A stretch of DNA of 63,108 bases, filler included, from Blastocystis sp. subtype 4 (Eukaryota), in assembly GCF_000743755.1 (NCBI RefSeq). It is 23 parts of 23 records of this genome, joined end to end, with 100 filler letters (N's around TTAATTAATTAA, not from the genome) between each part and the next. Parts side by side here need not be neighbours in the genome. Positions count along the whole stretch, not along the records: positions 1 to 3,768 come from NW_014568883.1; positions 3,869 to 6,360 come from NW_014568882.1; positions 6,461 to 8,949 come from NW_014568881.1; positions 9,050 to 13,858 come from NW_014568880.1; 19 more parts are not named here. One strand, written 5' to 3'. Shown here one piece after another: positions 1 through 11,823 of the stretch. Every line of letters begins with the position of its first letter. The stretch's first letter is position 1. The translations under genes were made by a program, and so were the position numbers. Below the pieces are notes generated by a model. It saw nothing but the letters and a program-made list of their open reading frames with translations, was not told the origin of the DNA and did not search any database.

Positions 1-2
1 AG

Positions 3-455
3 AATATCATTGTTGAAGCAGGATACTATGATCAAGAATCATTAGAAGAGATGTTTGGTTCATATCTCACATTCACAGAAGATGGATATCCACATCCTTT
101 TAGTCCTGCTTATGATCTAGTATTTCAACAAGTACCTGATTTGCGTCGAATATTGGGATTTGATGAGATTCAGGCAAGTGGTGTGAAAGGAAGAGAACCA
201 GTAGATGTATCAAATGGATTGAATTGTATTCGAATCTACAGTAATCTGGTAAAGCAGATGATATCATTTGAAACAAGTCCATTAGTAGATTGTATGATCT
301 ATTCAACAATGGGATTGAACAATGTGTGTTCGTTTAGTCATTTGAACATGCCAAGAGTTCGTATGAGTGATTTGCGTTGGGTTCAGTTTGATGTGTGTGA
401 TGGTCATGGTGAAGTAGTATCAATCGCTTCAGACATCTCATCAACATCCGATTGA
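3..455 (+). CDS. Penton/minor-capsid-like protein of Polinton/Maverick/adintovirus type (5'-truncated by the window edge, probable 3' frameshift)
   Basis: The frame is open from nt 3: NIIVEAGYYDQESLEEMF...DLRRILGF...PVDVSNGLNCIRIYSNLVKQ...PLVD...VQFDVCDGHGEVV. The motif order (IxxGxY, LxxILGF, D..GL..IxIYSNLV, FxxxDxxG) resembles single-jelly-roll penton proteins. No introns. Confidence 0.55.
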   Translation, partial: NIIVEAGYYDQESLEEMFGSYLTFTEDGYPHPFSPAYDLVFQQVPDLRRILGFDEIQASGVKGREPVDVSNGLNCIRIYSNLVKQMISFETSPLVDCMIYSTMGLNNVCSFSHLNMPRVRMSDLRWVQFDVCDGHGEVVSIASDISSTSD

Positions 456-960
456 GCATGAATGGGAAGTACGAGGGCATGAATGAAGGTTTGAGTCAGC
501 TGTATGACTGATTATTGATTTGATTATTCACCTTGAATGCATGAATCCAATTCAGCGTAGTTATACCTTTAGTATAACGATCCAGGGGATTACTCTGTCA
601 AAATGCAAAATCGACCCATTTATACCTTTTCATTTTACCATTATGTAAGAGTCTTTGAAATTCACTCATCACTACGCACATTTTTAGCCCATAATCAAGC
701 CAAAGCATGGGCAATTTTAGAGGAAAGTTAATAGAAGATTTGTTGTCGATTTTCCATTTCCCCATAACGATCCATTTTGCATTCCTTCTTGTCGTCACCC
801 TGTTTGCTGTACCATCTTTAGTGTCAGAAAGTTGGTTTTACTATTGTTTATACCATTTGACCATTCTCTTTTACCATTTGGCACACAATTATTGCGTCAG
901 CACAAGGAAGTACAGCGCCATTGCTTCCACAGTGCACGCTTGGCCTCTTGTTGATATATG

Positions 961-1566
961 TTATTTGGAACAAAAAAAGCAGAACATATTCAGTATTCTC
1001 TCAATAATGCGGAATGCAGCAGCAGCATCATTGGTACCGTCCAATTGTCTTGCAAGATTCAAGAAGTCATTTCTTCCCCAGCATCCAACACCGTCAAATA
1101 ATCCCTGTAAAGTGCAAACAGTACCAATTCCAAGATTCATGAGAGCCCCGGTAAGGTCAAAAATATGCTTAAAGATCTTCGCTCGTATGAAGCAGATCAA
1201 CATATTGAAGAGAAAACACTTGTTACACTTTTCTCTAGTTACACCAACGACTGTATTGAGAACATCTTGTGTAAATGAAATACACTGATAGTCCAAACGA
1301 AGAATATTGAATTGCTGGAAGTCTGTTGATCCAATGGGAGCATTGAAGAATGTCCAACACGAATCACAGTAACTGCAGACTGGATGATTGCAACTACTAT
1401 CCACAAGCAAGAGAGTGTTACGATCATAACCGACCTTCTTATTAAGATAAAACACTCTACCGCATTTGAAACACATCCACTTACTAAATCCATACCAGTT
1501 GTTCTCGACCATAGAATCATAAAGAATGGAAATATACTGAACACAACTTAAGGTGCACTGAATCAT
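961..1566 (-). CDS. Cys-rich orphan ORF with several CxxC pairs (possible Zn-binding protein)
   Basis: 201-aa ORF with CFKC, CSYCDSC and CNKC; no family recognised. Confidence 0.3.
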   Translation of the reverse strand: MIQCTLSCVQYISILYDSMVENNWYGFSKWMCFKCGRVFYLNKKVGYDRNTLLLVDSSCNHPVCSYCDSCWTFFNAPIGSTDFQQFNILRLDYQCISFTQDVLNTVVGVTREKCNKCFLFNMLICFIRAKIFKHIFDLTGALMNLGIGTVCTLQGLFDGVGCWGRNDFLNLARQLDGTNDAAAAFRIIERILNMFCFFCSK

Positions 1567-1704
1567 ATTAAAAATAATATGAAGAATAGTATAAACGGAT
1601 CATTAATGAAATGATAACAAAATGGCGACATAGTTGTCGAAAATGCAATCGCTACCAAATCTGAGATATGAATAGAATTGATATGATATGAGAGTATAGA
1701 TATA
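1561..1704 (+). repeat. Upstream/intergenic segment similar to 25878-26026
   Basis: Shared blocks ATAAACGGAT..ATTAATGAAATGATAACAAA and GAGATATGAATAGAATTGATATGATATGAGAGT.TAGATAT. Confidence 0.7.
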
Positions 1705-1868
1705 AATGGAAATAAGAAATGAATGATATGAGTAATGAATGATGAGAATGATATTCCCGTGATTGTATTCAGTAATATTGAATACGAATGTAATGGTTGA
1801 ATATGGATAGAATGAGTGATAATCATTGTCACCCCCTTCCATATGATATTCATTATGATTTCATTAAT

Positions 1869-3587
1869 ATGAAGATTAATGAATTGTTCATTGATTCTAT
1901 GACTGATATGAGCAACATCAATATTAGGAATAGTAGTTCATGTCTTGAATTCCTTGGTGATTATGCGATGGAGAGTGTTGAACTGAAGAATGGTGATGAA
2001 TTGAATGGAAAAGCGATAATGAGATTGTTGATAGATGGTGAAAGATATGAAATGAGTGTGAATATGAAGAATGGTAAGAAAGAAGGAGTTGGTGAGATAC
2101 TGAGAGAAGATGGAACACTGTTTATGAGAATGACGTTTGTGAATGATGAATGTGAAGGAGAACTGATAAAGAAGAACGAATATGGAAGCATTGTGTTAAA
2201 AGGGAGAATGGAAAAAGGAAAGGAAGTGGGAATGTGGATAGAATATGATGACTATGGAAATGAGATATGGAGAGGATTCTATCGAAATGGTGAAAAGGAT
2301 CTATCATTGAAAGAATATGAAGGAATGAGTGGATTATGGAGAGAAGTGAATGAGAGAGGAGAATTGTTGAGTGTGAGCGAATATGATGATGGATTATTGA
2401 AGAATGGTAAGTGTTTTGAGTATGAAGGAGGAAGATTGGTTAGAGAATGTGAATACAAGAATGGAGTAATGATGAGAGTATTGAGAGAATGGAAAGGAGA
2501 ATGCATGATTGAATATGATGATAATGGAATGAGAGTATATGAAGGAGGATTTGAAGGAGATATGATGAAAGGATTTGTTCGAGAGGGGAAAGGCAAAGAA
2601 TATGGAAATGATGGCAAGAGTGCATTGTATGTAGGTGGATGGAAGAATGGAAAGAGAGATGGATATGGAAGTGAATTCAAAGGACGTAATCCTGTTTATA
2701 TTGGAGAATGGAAGAATGGAATGAGACATGGAGCTGGAAAGGAATTGAATGATAGTGGAGAAGTGATAAGAAGTGGAAGATGGAACAAAGGTGAACATGA
2801 AGATCCGATAAAGCGTTTAGACGATGGATATGGAACGGATTTAAGTGAATTTGATACTGATTGTTTGAAAGGAGTTGAGAGACTAGAGATAGGAAAATAC
2901 TGTTTTAAGAAAGCAATTCAACTTGTGATAGATGGATTGAATGAATTGAAGAGTATTATCATTGGAATAGATAGCTTCAGTTATGATAATAGAAAAGGAA
3001 GCAAATGTGTGATAATGAACTGTGATCAACTGAATGAAATCAACATTGGAGCGAAGTCATTCCACTGTTATGAATCATTTGAATTGAAGAATCTTCCTTC
3101 TCCCATATCTATTCAATTGGATAAAGACGCATTTGAGTGGTGTCATTCAATAGTATTTGAGAGTATGAATGATTGAATGAATGATGAATAAGATCTAACT
3201 CGACTTCAATCTATCATTCTTGGAAAATGGGCTCTACTTGGTGATTATGATACTGTTGAATCAAATGAATTGATAATGAAGAGTATGAATGATAATGATG
3301 ATTGATTGATGAGATCTCCCTTCTCTATCTCTATTCAAAGGAAAAGACTACAACTTCGTATACATAAGCAAAGTGCAAATAGATAGTGATGATTGATAAT
3401 TGAATATGAAATAGACATTCCATCACTCACTAAGGATGGAATACAAATGGGAGAGAATGTACTCAGTAGAGTGAAAGAATTGGTTTGTTCAAGTACTATT
3501 GATTGATTGATAATGACCAAGAACAGAATAGAAACTGCTGCTCGATTATCTAGTGAGCTCTCTTTGTTTGTTCATGATAACCCTTAA
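1869..3587 (+). CDS. MORN-repeat protein with C-terminal BspA-like leucine-rich repeats (multi-exon; start and last exon approximate)
   Basis: MORN repeats YEGGFEGDMMKG, YVGGWKNGKRDGYG and YIGEWKNGMRHGAG, then LRRs (LEIGKYCFKK, FELKNLPS). After a 30-nt intron at 3163-3192 the frame continues as NLTRLQSIILG...NLPSL...NIPSL. Confidence 0.8.
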
Positions 3588-3768
3588 CCAAAACTATATA
3601 AGGATTTTGTTAGAATTAGGGTAGTTTGTTTGCTACCAATTTGTATATGACATATGTCAAAACGATACTATGTTGTTGATAGATGTGATAAACAGAAATA
3701 GAGTATTGATAAGAGTATAGATGTAATAAGAATATGAGAATGAAATAAGAATAGATGATGATTGAATG

Positions 3769-3868
3769 NNNNNNNNNNNNNNNNNNNNNNNNNNNNNNNN
3801 NNNNNNNNNNNNTTAATTAATTAANNNNNNNNNNNNNNNNNNNNNNNNNNNNNNNNNNNNNNNNNNNN
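3769..3868. other. Artificial contig spacer N44-TTAATTAATTAA-N44. First of 22; the others start at 6361, 8950, 13859, 18385, 20922, 23444, 26027, 28529, 31098, 33614, 36131, 38616, 41121, 43587, 46051, 48504, 50955, 53406, 55850, 58291 and 60710
   Basis: Identical 100-nt cassette carrying a six-frame stop linker. Genes are cut at the spacers, and contig lengths mostly decrease along the window. Confidence 0.98.
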
Positions 3869-5590
3869 AAATGGATTGATGATTGTGAATTGATTGTTAC
3901 TAGTTGTATTGAATCTCTGATTATTGATGATGATTTCAATCCTGATATATCATCATTGATATTGAACTATTCATTGATATCATTGAAACGAATTGAGATT
4001 GGAGATGATTGTTTTGATAAAGTGAATCGATTTGTGATTGATGGATTGAATGAATTGGAAAGGGTTATCATTGGGCAGAACAGCTTCCTTCTCGATGAGA
4101 ATAATCGAGAAGGAAGCAAATGTTTGATAATGAATTGTGATCAATTGAGTGAAATCCACATTGAAGATTGGTCATTCTTTTGGTATGAATCATTTGAATT
4201 GAAGAATCTTCCTTCTCTCATATCCATTCAACTGGATGATAATGCATTCTGGTTGTATCATTCAGTGGTATTTGAGAGTATGAGTGCTTGAATGAATAAT
4301 GAATGAGATCTGATTCGACTTCAATCCATCACTCTTGGATCATGGACTTTAGATGGTTATTCTAATACTGTTGAATCAAATGAATTGATAATGAAGAGTA
4401 TGAATAATAGTGATGGTTGATTGATCAGATCTTCCTTCTCTATCTCTATTCAAAGGAGAAGACCAGAATTTCCAGGGAAGTGATATTGGAGAGTAATGAT
4501 TGATGATAGAATCTGAATTAGACATTCCATCACTTACTGATGACGGAATTCAGATGGGAGAGAATGCACTTGGTCTTGTCAATGAGCTGACCAGTTCAAG
4601 TATGATTGAATACATGATAATGAATGAGATGCTGATTCTCTTGATCGATTCATTCGACAGAATAGTTACTATCTACTGAAAATAGATGAAGGAGATAATA
4701 AAAGTGCAACAAAACGATTTGAATATGGTTGTTCACATGATTTGAGTGTATTTGATATTGACTGTTTGAAAGGAATTGAGAGACTTGAGATTGGAAATGA
4801 CTGTTTTGAGAAAGTGAATCGATTTGAGATTGATGGATTGAATGAATTGGAGACTATCATCATTAGACAGAACTGCTTCTTTCTCGATAATAATAATAGA
4901 GAAGGAAGCAAATGTGTGATAATGAATTGTGATCATTTAAAAGTAATCCACACTGGAAGGGATTCATTCTATTGGTATGAATCATTAGAATTGAAGAATC
5001 TCCCTTCTCTGATATTCATTCAACTGGATGATAATGCATTCACGGAGTGTCATTCAGTGGTATTTGAGAGTATGAATAACTGAATGAATGATGAATGAGA
5101 TCTGCCTCGACTTCAATTCATCACCCTTGGGAGGGGGACTCTATTTGGTGATAAAGATACTGTCAAATCAAATCTACTGATAATGCGAAGTATGAATAAT
5201 TGAAAGAATGATGAATGAGATCTAATTCAGTCCATGGCTAATGGGACTTTTGATGGTGATAGTTTCATGATAGAATGGAATGAATTGATAATGAAGAGTA
5301 TGAATAATAGTGATGGTTGATTGATCAGATCTTCCTTCTCTATCTCTATTCAAAGGAGAAGACCAGAATTTCCAGGGAAAGTGATATTGGAGAGTAATGA
5401 TTGATGATAGAATCTGAATTAGACATTCCATCACTTACTGATGACGGAATTCAGATGAACGGAGATAGCTTTATTGGTGTGAAAGAATTGCATAGTTCAA
5501 GTATGATAGATGAATTGTTACTAATTGAGATGCTGATTCTCTTGATCGATTCATTCAACAGAAGAGTTTTTATCTTTAGAACAATAGTAA
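3869..5590 (+). pseudogene. Tandem BspA-like LRR gene copies (MORN-LRR family C-terminal parts), partly frameshifted
   Basis: ORFs 3890-4291 and 4742-5083 are paralogs of 2850-3170 (IEIGDDCFDKVNRFVIDGLNEL, FELKNLPSL). Segment 4379-4556 is nearly identical to 5279-5457 (1-nt indel). Confidence 0.7.
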
Positions 5591-6232
5591 TAAGCAAAGT
5601 AATCATCTTATATCCTACTGAATTGATTGTATTTGTTGATAATGAATGAGATCATTCTCTTCAATATGAATACTAGTGATTCATATCATGTCATTTCACA
5701 TTGTTCAAAATGGAAAAGAGAGAGTTGAACGATCAAAACAATAAAAATTGTGATGAATGGGATGATAAGTGGATAAGAGAGAGAATGATGTGTATTAGAT
5801 TGATGAGGTAGTGAATGATTGTATCATTCATATTATATATGAATACATGAAGATAGATTGAAGTTATTGGATTGTTGATGAAGCATTGAATTCGTTGTAG
5901 TTAATGATGAATGGTGATACCAATAAGAAGTGCATTTGTATGTTCGTGTTTGTATGAGAGTAAATGGAGATGATTGTGATTGATTGTACTCCTATTCATC
6001 AACTCAAATCATTCATAACACATATCATGTAATCGTCATTATTCATTCCATACATAATTCATACACTCTATTAATGCCTCCTATTCACATCAACACACTT
6101 AATTACCTACACTCTCTCTGAGGGATGCTACTGTGATGAATGGATGATAACAAGAGAGATTGTTTATAGAGTGTTTGAATAATGTAGGAACAATAAGTCA
6201 TTCTGACATATCAGCAGTATGTATAGATGATT

Positions 6233-6360
6233 TGTGTTTAACCCGCTGAGAAGTCTCAATACTGTTCTTTTCTCTTTCATTTGAATCAGTATGAATCATC
6301 ATTTCTGTTTTGATGGAGATGTGAATGAATGAGAATAGTGGAATGATTGGAATTGTTGAG
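6233..6360 (+). repeat. ~128-bp dispersed repeat, second copy at 31252-31380
   Basis: TGTGTTTAACCCGCTGAGAAGTCTCAAT...GAATGATTGGAATTGTTGAG is near-identical in both places. Confidence 0.9.
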
Positions 6361-7112
6361 NNNNNNNNNNNNNNNNNNNNNNNNNNNNNNNNNNNNNNNN
6401 NNNNTTAATTAATTAANNNNNNNNNNNNNNNNNNNNNNNNNNNNNNNNNNNNNNNNNNNNATGATTTCTTATCTATATCAATGACTGCATGAGATTCACC
6501 AGCTGGTATAACAGCACTTATCACTAATTGACTCAATGGTAGACTATTGTTCATTTACTAACAACTCCTTTCGAATGTTTCATCTTCAACAGTATTCAAG
6601 TATCTGACTTGAGGATCATCAGTAATCATTGTAGTAATCAGATTGTTGTTCTGATTGACATTCTTAAGATCAGATGTTCGTACAGTTTAAGAATAGACTT
6701 GTATCACTTGTCTCTTTCTAGTGATATCAATGATGTTTGTTTCTATTACCTCCTTGTTCATATACTGTTAGATCCAGAATATCGATGAAATCAAGTACTT
6801 GGAATAATCAAATGAACAATTGGAATCAATGTGAATACAACCATAACTGGAAGCTGTACTGGGTATTGAGAGTAATATGAATTGCATTTGATTGAACATA
6901 GAAATCATGTGAGATAGAGAATAATATCGTTTATCAAACACAACAGATTCTCCTTTACCGTTAGATACAGTATTGGTTTGATCAATGTTGGAGAGAGCAG
7001 GAGTTGCTTGCAACTGCTCAAGTGATGCCGAATATAATGTTAGTAATACTGTGATGATTGTAATGAATGGATTGAATCGATAAGGATTGTCCTAAGTGAA
7101 TGACCTATATGT

Positions 7113-7400
7113 TGGTTTGCCTTGAATGATTATTGAGTAGTGCATTTACTATAATGACACAATTCTTGTTCTTGCTAGCGAGCCCTACGGGGCTAGTTTG
7201 ACCTTAGGTCAGACTGTCGGCAAATTGATTTGAAATGGTTAGCTGAGGTTTCCATTTTGATGACAATAGTCCATTTGAATTGGTCAGTTCTTACCAACAT
7301 TTTTGACTCTTTGTAGTTCGTAGGGTTAGTTACCCATATTTTGATGATTCTTCCTCAATCTTTTTTACGTAACATATGTCTATTACCTACTGCTTTGCTT
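7113..7400 (+). repeat. Diverged dispersed repeat family, copy A (others at 13550-13761, 36231-36636 and 58983-59198)
   Basis: Shared blocks CTTGAATGATTATTGAGTAGTGCATTTA at the start and ACGTAACATAYGTC..TTACCTACT at the end. Confidence 0.65.
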
Positions 7401-7585
7401 ATTGTGAAGAATACCACATTAGAAATAGGCAGTTTTGGATAGATCAAATAGCTGGACACCAATATGATGCATTCTTTTGTTGACATTTAGTAATGAAGTT
7501 ATCATCATCTTACGCAGAACAAACGGAATTATTTCTTGGTTAGTAACAATATTGCACTCAGTGTGTGAACTAACAAATAAATGGA

Positions 7586-8949
7586 CTAGACATAAGAACT
7601 TCGACTTCGAATAAACGATTCAAGAGCTGTAGCATCTACATCTGAATCAACAATCTAATTATAGACTGTTCACTTTAAGAGTGTGAGTATAGCGGAATTG
7701 ATAAGAATTGGATACTTCAATAGGGAGAGGGGACCTCACATCTACTGTTTGATAACTCCAAATGTGTTACTGTCTAAGATAACATAACCCATATTCTCAA
7801 ACACAGAACCATCAATTCTTAGTGTTAAAGATGGTAGATCTGATAATTAGAACTTGAATATACATACCCCTCATGATAAGAGTATTATTATAGTAATAAG
7901 GAATAACATTAGTTGTCTTTGTCGAAGTCGAACCAACCATACAAGTGTACCCTAATCGTAATACTGTCAATTTAGGAAGATCTGATAGTTCAATTCGCAT
8001 TATCACTTACTCTCGAATACAACATATTCTGCATTCTGGAAAGCATTTCTTCCTAGATCAATAGTCTCCAGTGATGGCAAGTCTACAATTCATCTGTCCT
8101 ATCACTCTTACCTCTGAATACTGCATTTCGAGTACGTACAAAACAACCATAGTCATAAAACCCCATTACAATAGATTTCAGTTGAGGTAACTGAGCCAAT
8201 TCAAACCAATTGTATCGATAACACGAATTACCTCTTATATACAAGCTTTTCAGACGTGGACAATTCACAATCTTGAATGAACTGCCCTCCAATAATGATT
8301 GCATACCAGGATAAACAAAAGTGTAATACCCAATATTCACTGATTCAAGCCAATTGAGTCCAACTATAGTGAGCATAGGTACATAGTTGAAGCAGTTATC
8401 ACCAATCACAACACTTCTAAGAAACTTGAATGAACTCAAATCAACAACGTTATTGGTCCTCACAGAACATGCACCGTTTACTACAGTTAGTGCAGTTACA
8501 TACCAAGGAATACTAAAATAGGTATTCCAATCCCTTACTGTGTATCTAGTCATCAATCAACACTCAATTCCTCACGAATGACTCATTGAACTCAGACTAT
8601 TCTCACCAATAATCACTTCATTCAACAACTCAGGTCGCGATTCCGTGATATTCACAATCTCATTTAGAGAGTTCTTTCCAATCACCAATGACTTCAAATG
8701 AACAAATCGACTTAAATCCAAAGAAGTGAAATTGACTTCATTACAACAATTGTCAGCAATTATCAACTTGCTTATATTAACTGGAGCATTCAATACACTT
8801 GTCATGCTATTTGCTTCATAAATCCATTCAACATCAACAGTGTTACTCATTTCAATCTTGTTCTTCAATTGTTCAGCTAATTGCATATCCATTTCACTTC
8901 CACTTGTTGTCAATCTCACAACAGAACTCAATGTGTTATTACCAATCTC
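7586..8949 (-). CDS. BspA-like leucine-rich-repeat protein (multi-exon, 5'-truncated by gap)
   Basis: LRRs LDLSRFVHLKSLVIGKNSL, DLSSFKFLRSVVIGDNCF, LPKLTVLRLG and DLPSL. Introns are 28-31-nt GT-AG; TAG at 7586-7588. Confidence 0.8.
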
Positions 8950-9049
8950 NNNNNNNNNNNNNNNNNNNNNNNNNNNNNNNNNNNNNNNNNNNNTTAATTA
9001 ATTAANNNNNNNNNNNNNNNNNNNNNNNNNNNNNNNNNNNNNNNNNNNN

Positions 9050-10953
9050 ATCCTCTAGCAGCCTGAGACCAACCTGATGTATCATCACCAAACCAATTGG
9101 TAGGCACTTCACCCATCTTATAATACCATTGTTCTGAATGATTGATGATAGGACGACGAACATAATGATGATGAACATTATTCTGATCAGTATCATATCG
9201 ACCTTTCACAACGATCTCCCGTTCACCATCAGGCAACATAGCATACATGTAATAATATGAACCAGATGACCAATAGGTAGATGTGGAATAGAATGAAACA
9301 TCAAATCGCTCGACAGTGATACAGAGATACGTTTCCCAATCTGTATCAGCAGTATGAGAATGACCAGATTGAACCTCAAAAAGAATGTCATCATTGGAGG
9401 AATCACGAATAGTGAAATACTCATTCTGAGGATTGGTCTTGTAAGTTCGAACAATCTTGTAAAATGTCCCAACACACTCATTAAAGGTAATACTAATAGT
9501 AGTTTGAAGTTGGCTTGTTCCTATTGTTGCTTCAATCTGATAAGAAATAGGAGAAGAAGCAACAGTTGCTGTTCCAGAAATGATACAAGTATCTGGATCA
9601 AGTGTCAGACCATCAGGAAGTTGTGGAGAGATAGAACAACCAGTATAACCAAACATAGTGGGAACGATGTTGATTACATCATAGTCCTTGTAGAACGAAT
9701 ATTGGCTTTGAGGATAGGATATACTCGTTGAAACAGCCCGATTACAGACAAGGAATTGAAGCTCATGCACATAAATAGCTCCTTCGTGAGATGTTTGAGT
9801 ATTGAATCGAATCAGAGGGTACTTGGGAAGTGTACTCACTAAATCCCATTGAGCCCATGTACTTGATTCATAAACTTGTCCAGAAATGAGTATAATAGTA
9901 TTCCAATCAGATATTTGTCGGCTGCGTATAAGGCCATAAACGAAAAGAGTTGATATAAGGAATAGATCCAGATATCTCGAAAGTGAGTGAACCAGGAGGA
10001 GAAGAGATATAGGCTCCAGTATTTCTCGAAAACGCTACAGCATAATTCGGATTCTCAAATCCAGTTGATGTAGCTGTGACTTCATTTGGAACAACGAAAC
10101 AATTGTTTGAAGAACTCAAACCAGCCATGAGTGAGATGAATCCATCAAACTGAATAAACACAGAGGTTGAAAGATCCACAGGATGGACTTCAACAGCCAG
10201 AATACTTGACACAGTCACCTCATTAGCATTGCGAATGATTCCATGATAGTCATAGAATGCATAGCTTCCTGTAGCCACAGTACTACTCGTTGGTTCACCA
10301 TCAGGCATGTTGTCTCGATACACTTCAGCACCATTAATGTAAGCCACAACACCAAATCGATAGTTCAGTTGCAACTCAAAAGCGGCCATATTGTCAACTC
10401 CAGTGAACTGTCTACGGAAGTATTGAACTCCTTGTCCAACTACTGCTTCTCCACCTGCCATATAGTCAGTCCAAGTACTATCATCAAAGCTGTACTCTTT
10501 CCAGTTTCCAGAGAGGTTATTAGTGTATTTCCAAGGTTCATTCTTGTTGATAGGAGAATACAAAGACAAAGGTTCTGTCTGAGTTCTTCCTTCAGTCATC
10601 ATTGTCTTGTACATCACATTTCCATTAATACTCTCGAATTTGATCCAAGCACCATCAGCCCATGAATCACCATAACTATCGAGCATTTCTAGAGTATACT
10701 GATGGTTTGTGGAAGCTGACAAGCACACTTCAATCTCTCTTTCATCACTATCCGTGAATGATGGAGAAGTATAAACGACTGTTGAACCAGAATAAATCCT
10801 GAATGACTCTTCACTTGAAAAGGATCTAGTCTTTTTGGTTATCTTTGTATAAACTTGGCTGGAAGAACAATCAAGAGAAGAAGCAATTATTGCTATGAGT
10901 GATGTAACTAATATGCAAATACAAAGAATGGTTAATAACAAAACCCAATCCAT
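9050..10953 (-). CDS. Secreted/surface protein of the expanded family (beta-sandwich plus putative Ig repeat); frameshift or deletion near 9907; 3'-truncated
   Basis: Signal-like N-terminus (MDWVLLLTILCICILV), family motif VAYINGAEVYRDNMPDG and Ig-like LPDGLTLDPDTCIISGT. The frame switches at about 9905 to DWNTIILISGQ. Confidence 0.75.
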
Positions 10954-11186
10954 TTGGAAAAGAAACAGTTGTATAACTGTTAAGATTACTAGTGTTTCGA
11001 ATTCTATTAGAATGAACGAACAGTAATCATATAATAAAAGCAGACTTGTGTTTCCGCACTGGAGTTGTGTTCTATTAGAAGAATTCGCAACTGTGTTTCT
11101 CTAACTCAATTTGTTTCTTCTTTATTTAGTCGGAATAATAAACTCAAAGTTGAGCTAAATTTCTAGAAAAAAAAAGAGAAGAGATT

Positions 11187-11642
11187 ATTGGTTCATATCT
11201 CACATTCACAGAAGATGGATATGTACATCCTTCTGGTCCTGCTTATGATCTAGTGTTTCAACAAGCACCTGATTTGCGTCGAATATTGGGATTTGATGAG
11301 ATTCAGGCAAGTGGTGTGAAAGGTAAAGAACCAGTGGATTTATCAAATGGATTGAACTGTATTCGAATCTATAGTAATCTGGTAAAGCAGATGATATCAT
11401 TTGAAACAAGTCCATTAGTGGATTGTATGATCTATTCAACAATGGGATTGAACAATGTGTGTTCGTTTAGTCATTTGAATATGCCAGGAGTTCGTATGAG
11501 TGATTTGCGTTCGTTTCAGTTTGATGTGCGTGATGGTCATGGTGAAGTAGTATCAATCGCTTCTGACACCTACGTTAATAACTGTTCGATCTTGAGAATG
11601 AATAACGAAGCCTTTCAGCAGATTCCTCATGATTTCAAGTGA
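11187..11642 (+). pseudogene. Second, 5'-truncated copy of the penton-like gene at 3-455
   Basis: High nucleotide identity to 55-430 with scattered substitutions; the copies diverge after ATCGCTTC. Confidence 0.6.
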
Positions 11643-11823
11643 AGTAGACATGAGTTGTCATTCAATGATCCATCTACAGCTAAAACATGTGTTGTGAATG
11701 TGATCCATTAGCCCTGATCTGGATTGTATTAGAACACAGGACTATCAATAACAGTAGCAATACTTTAGAATCTTCATTTCATTTATTTCAACAGCTTGTA
11801 GATGTCATCGCCTACAACTAAAC

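Noticed and set aside
707..1288. 193-aa plus-strand ORF
   Set aside because: It overlaps the antisense ORF 961-1566, has no recognisable motifs, and cannot be supported.
1924..2798. Several Ser/His/Pro-rich minus-strand ORFs
   Set aside because: They are shadow frames of the GA-rich MORN gene; the same applies to most short antisense ORFs in the track.
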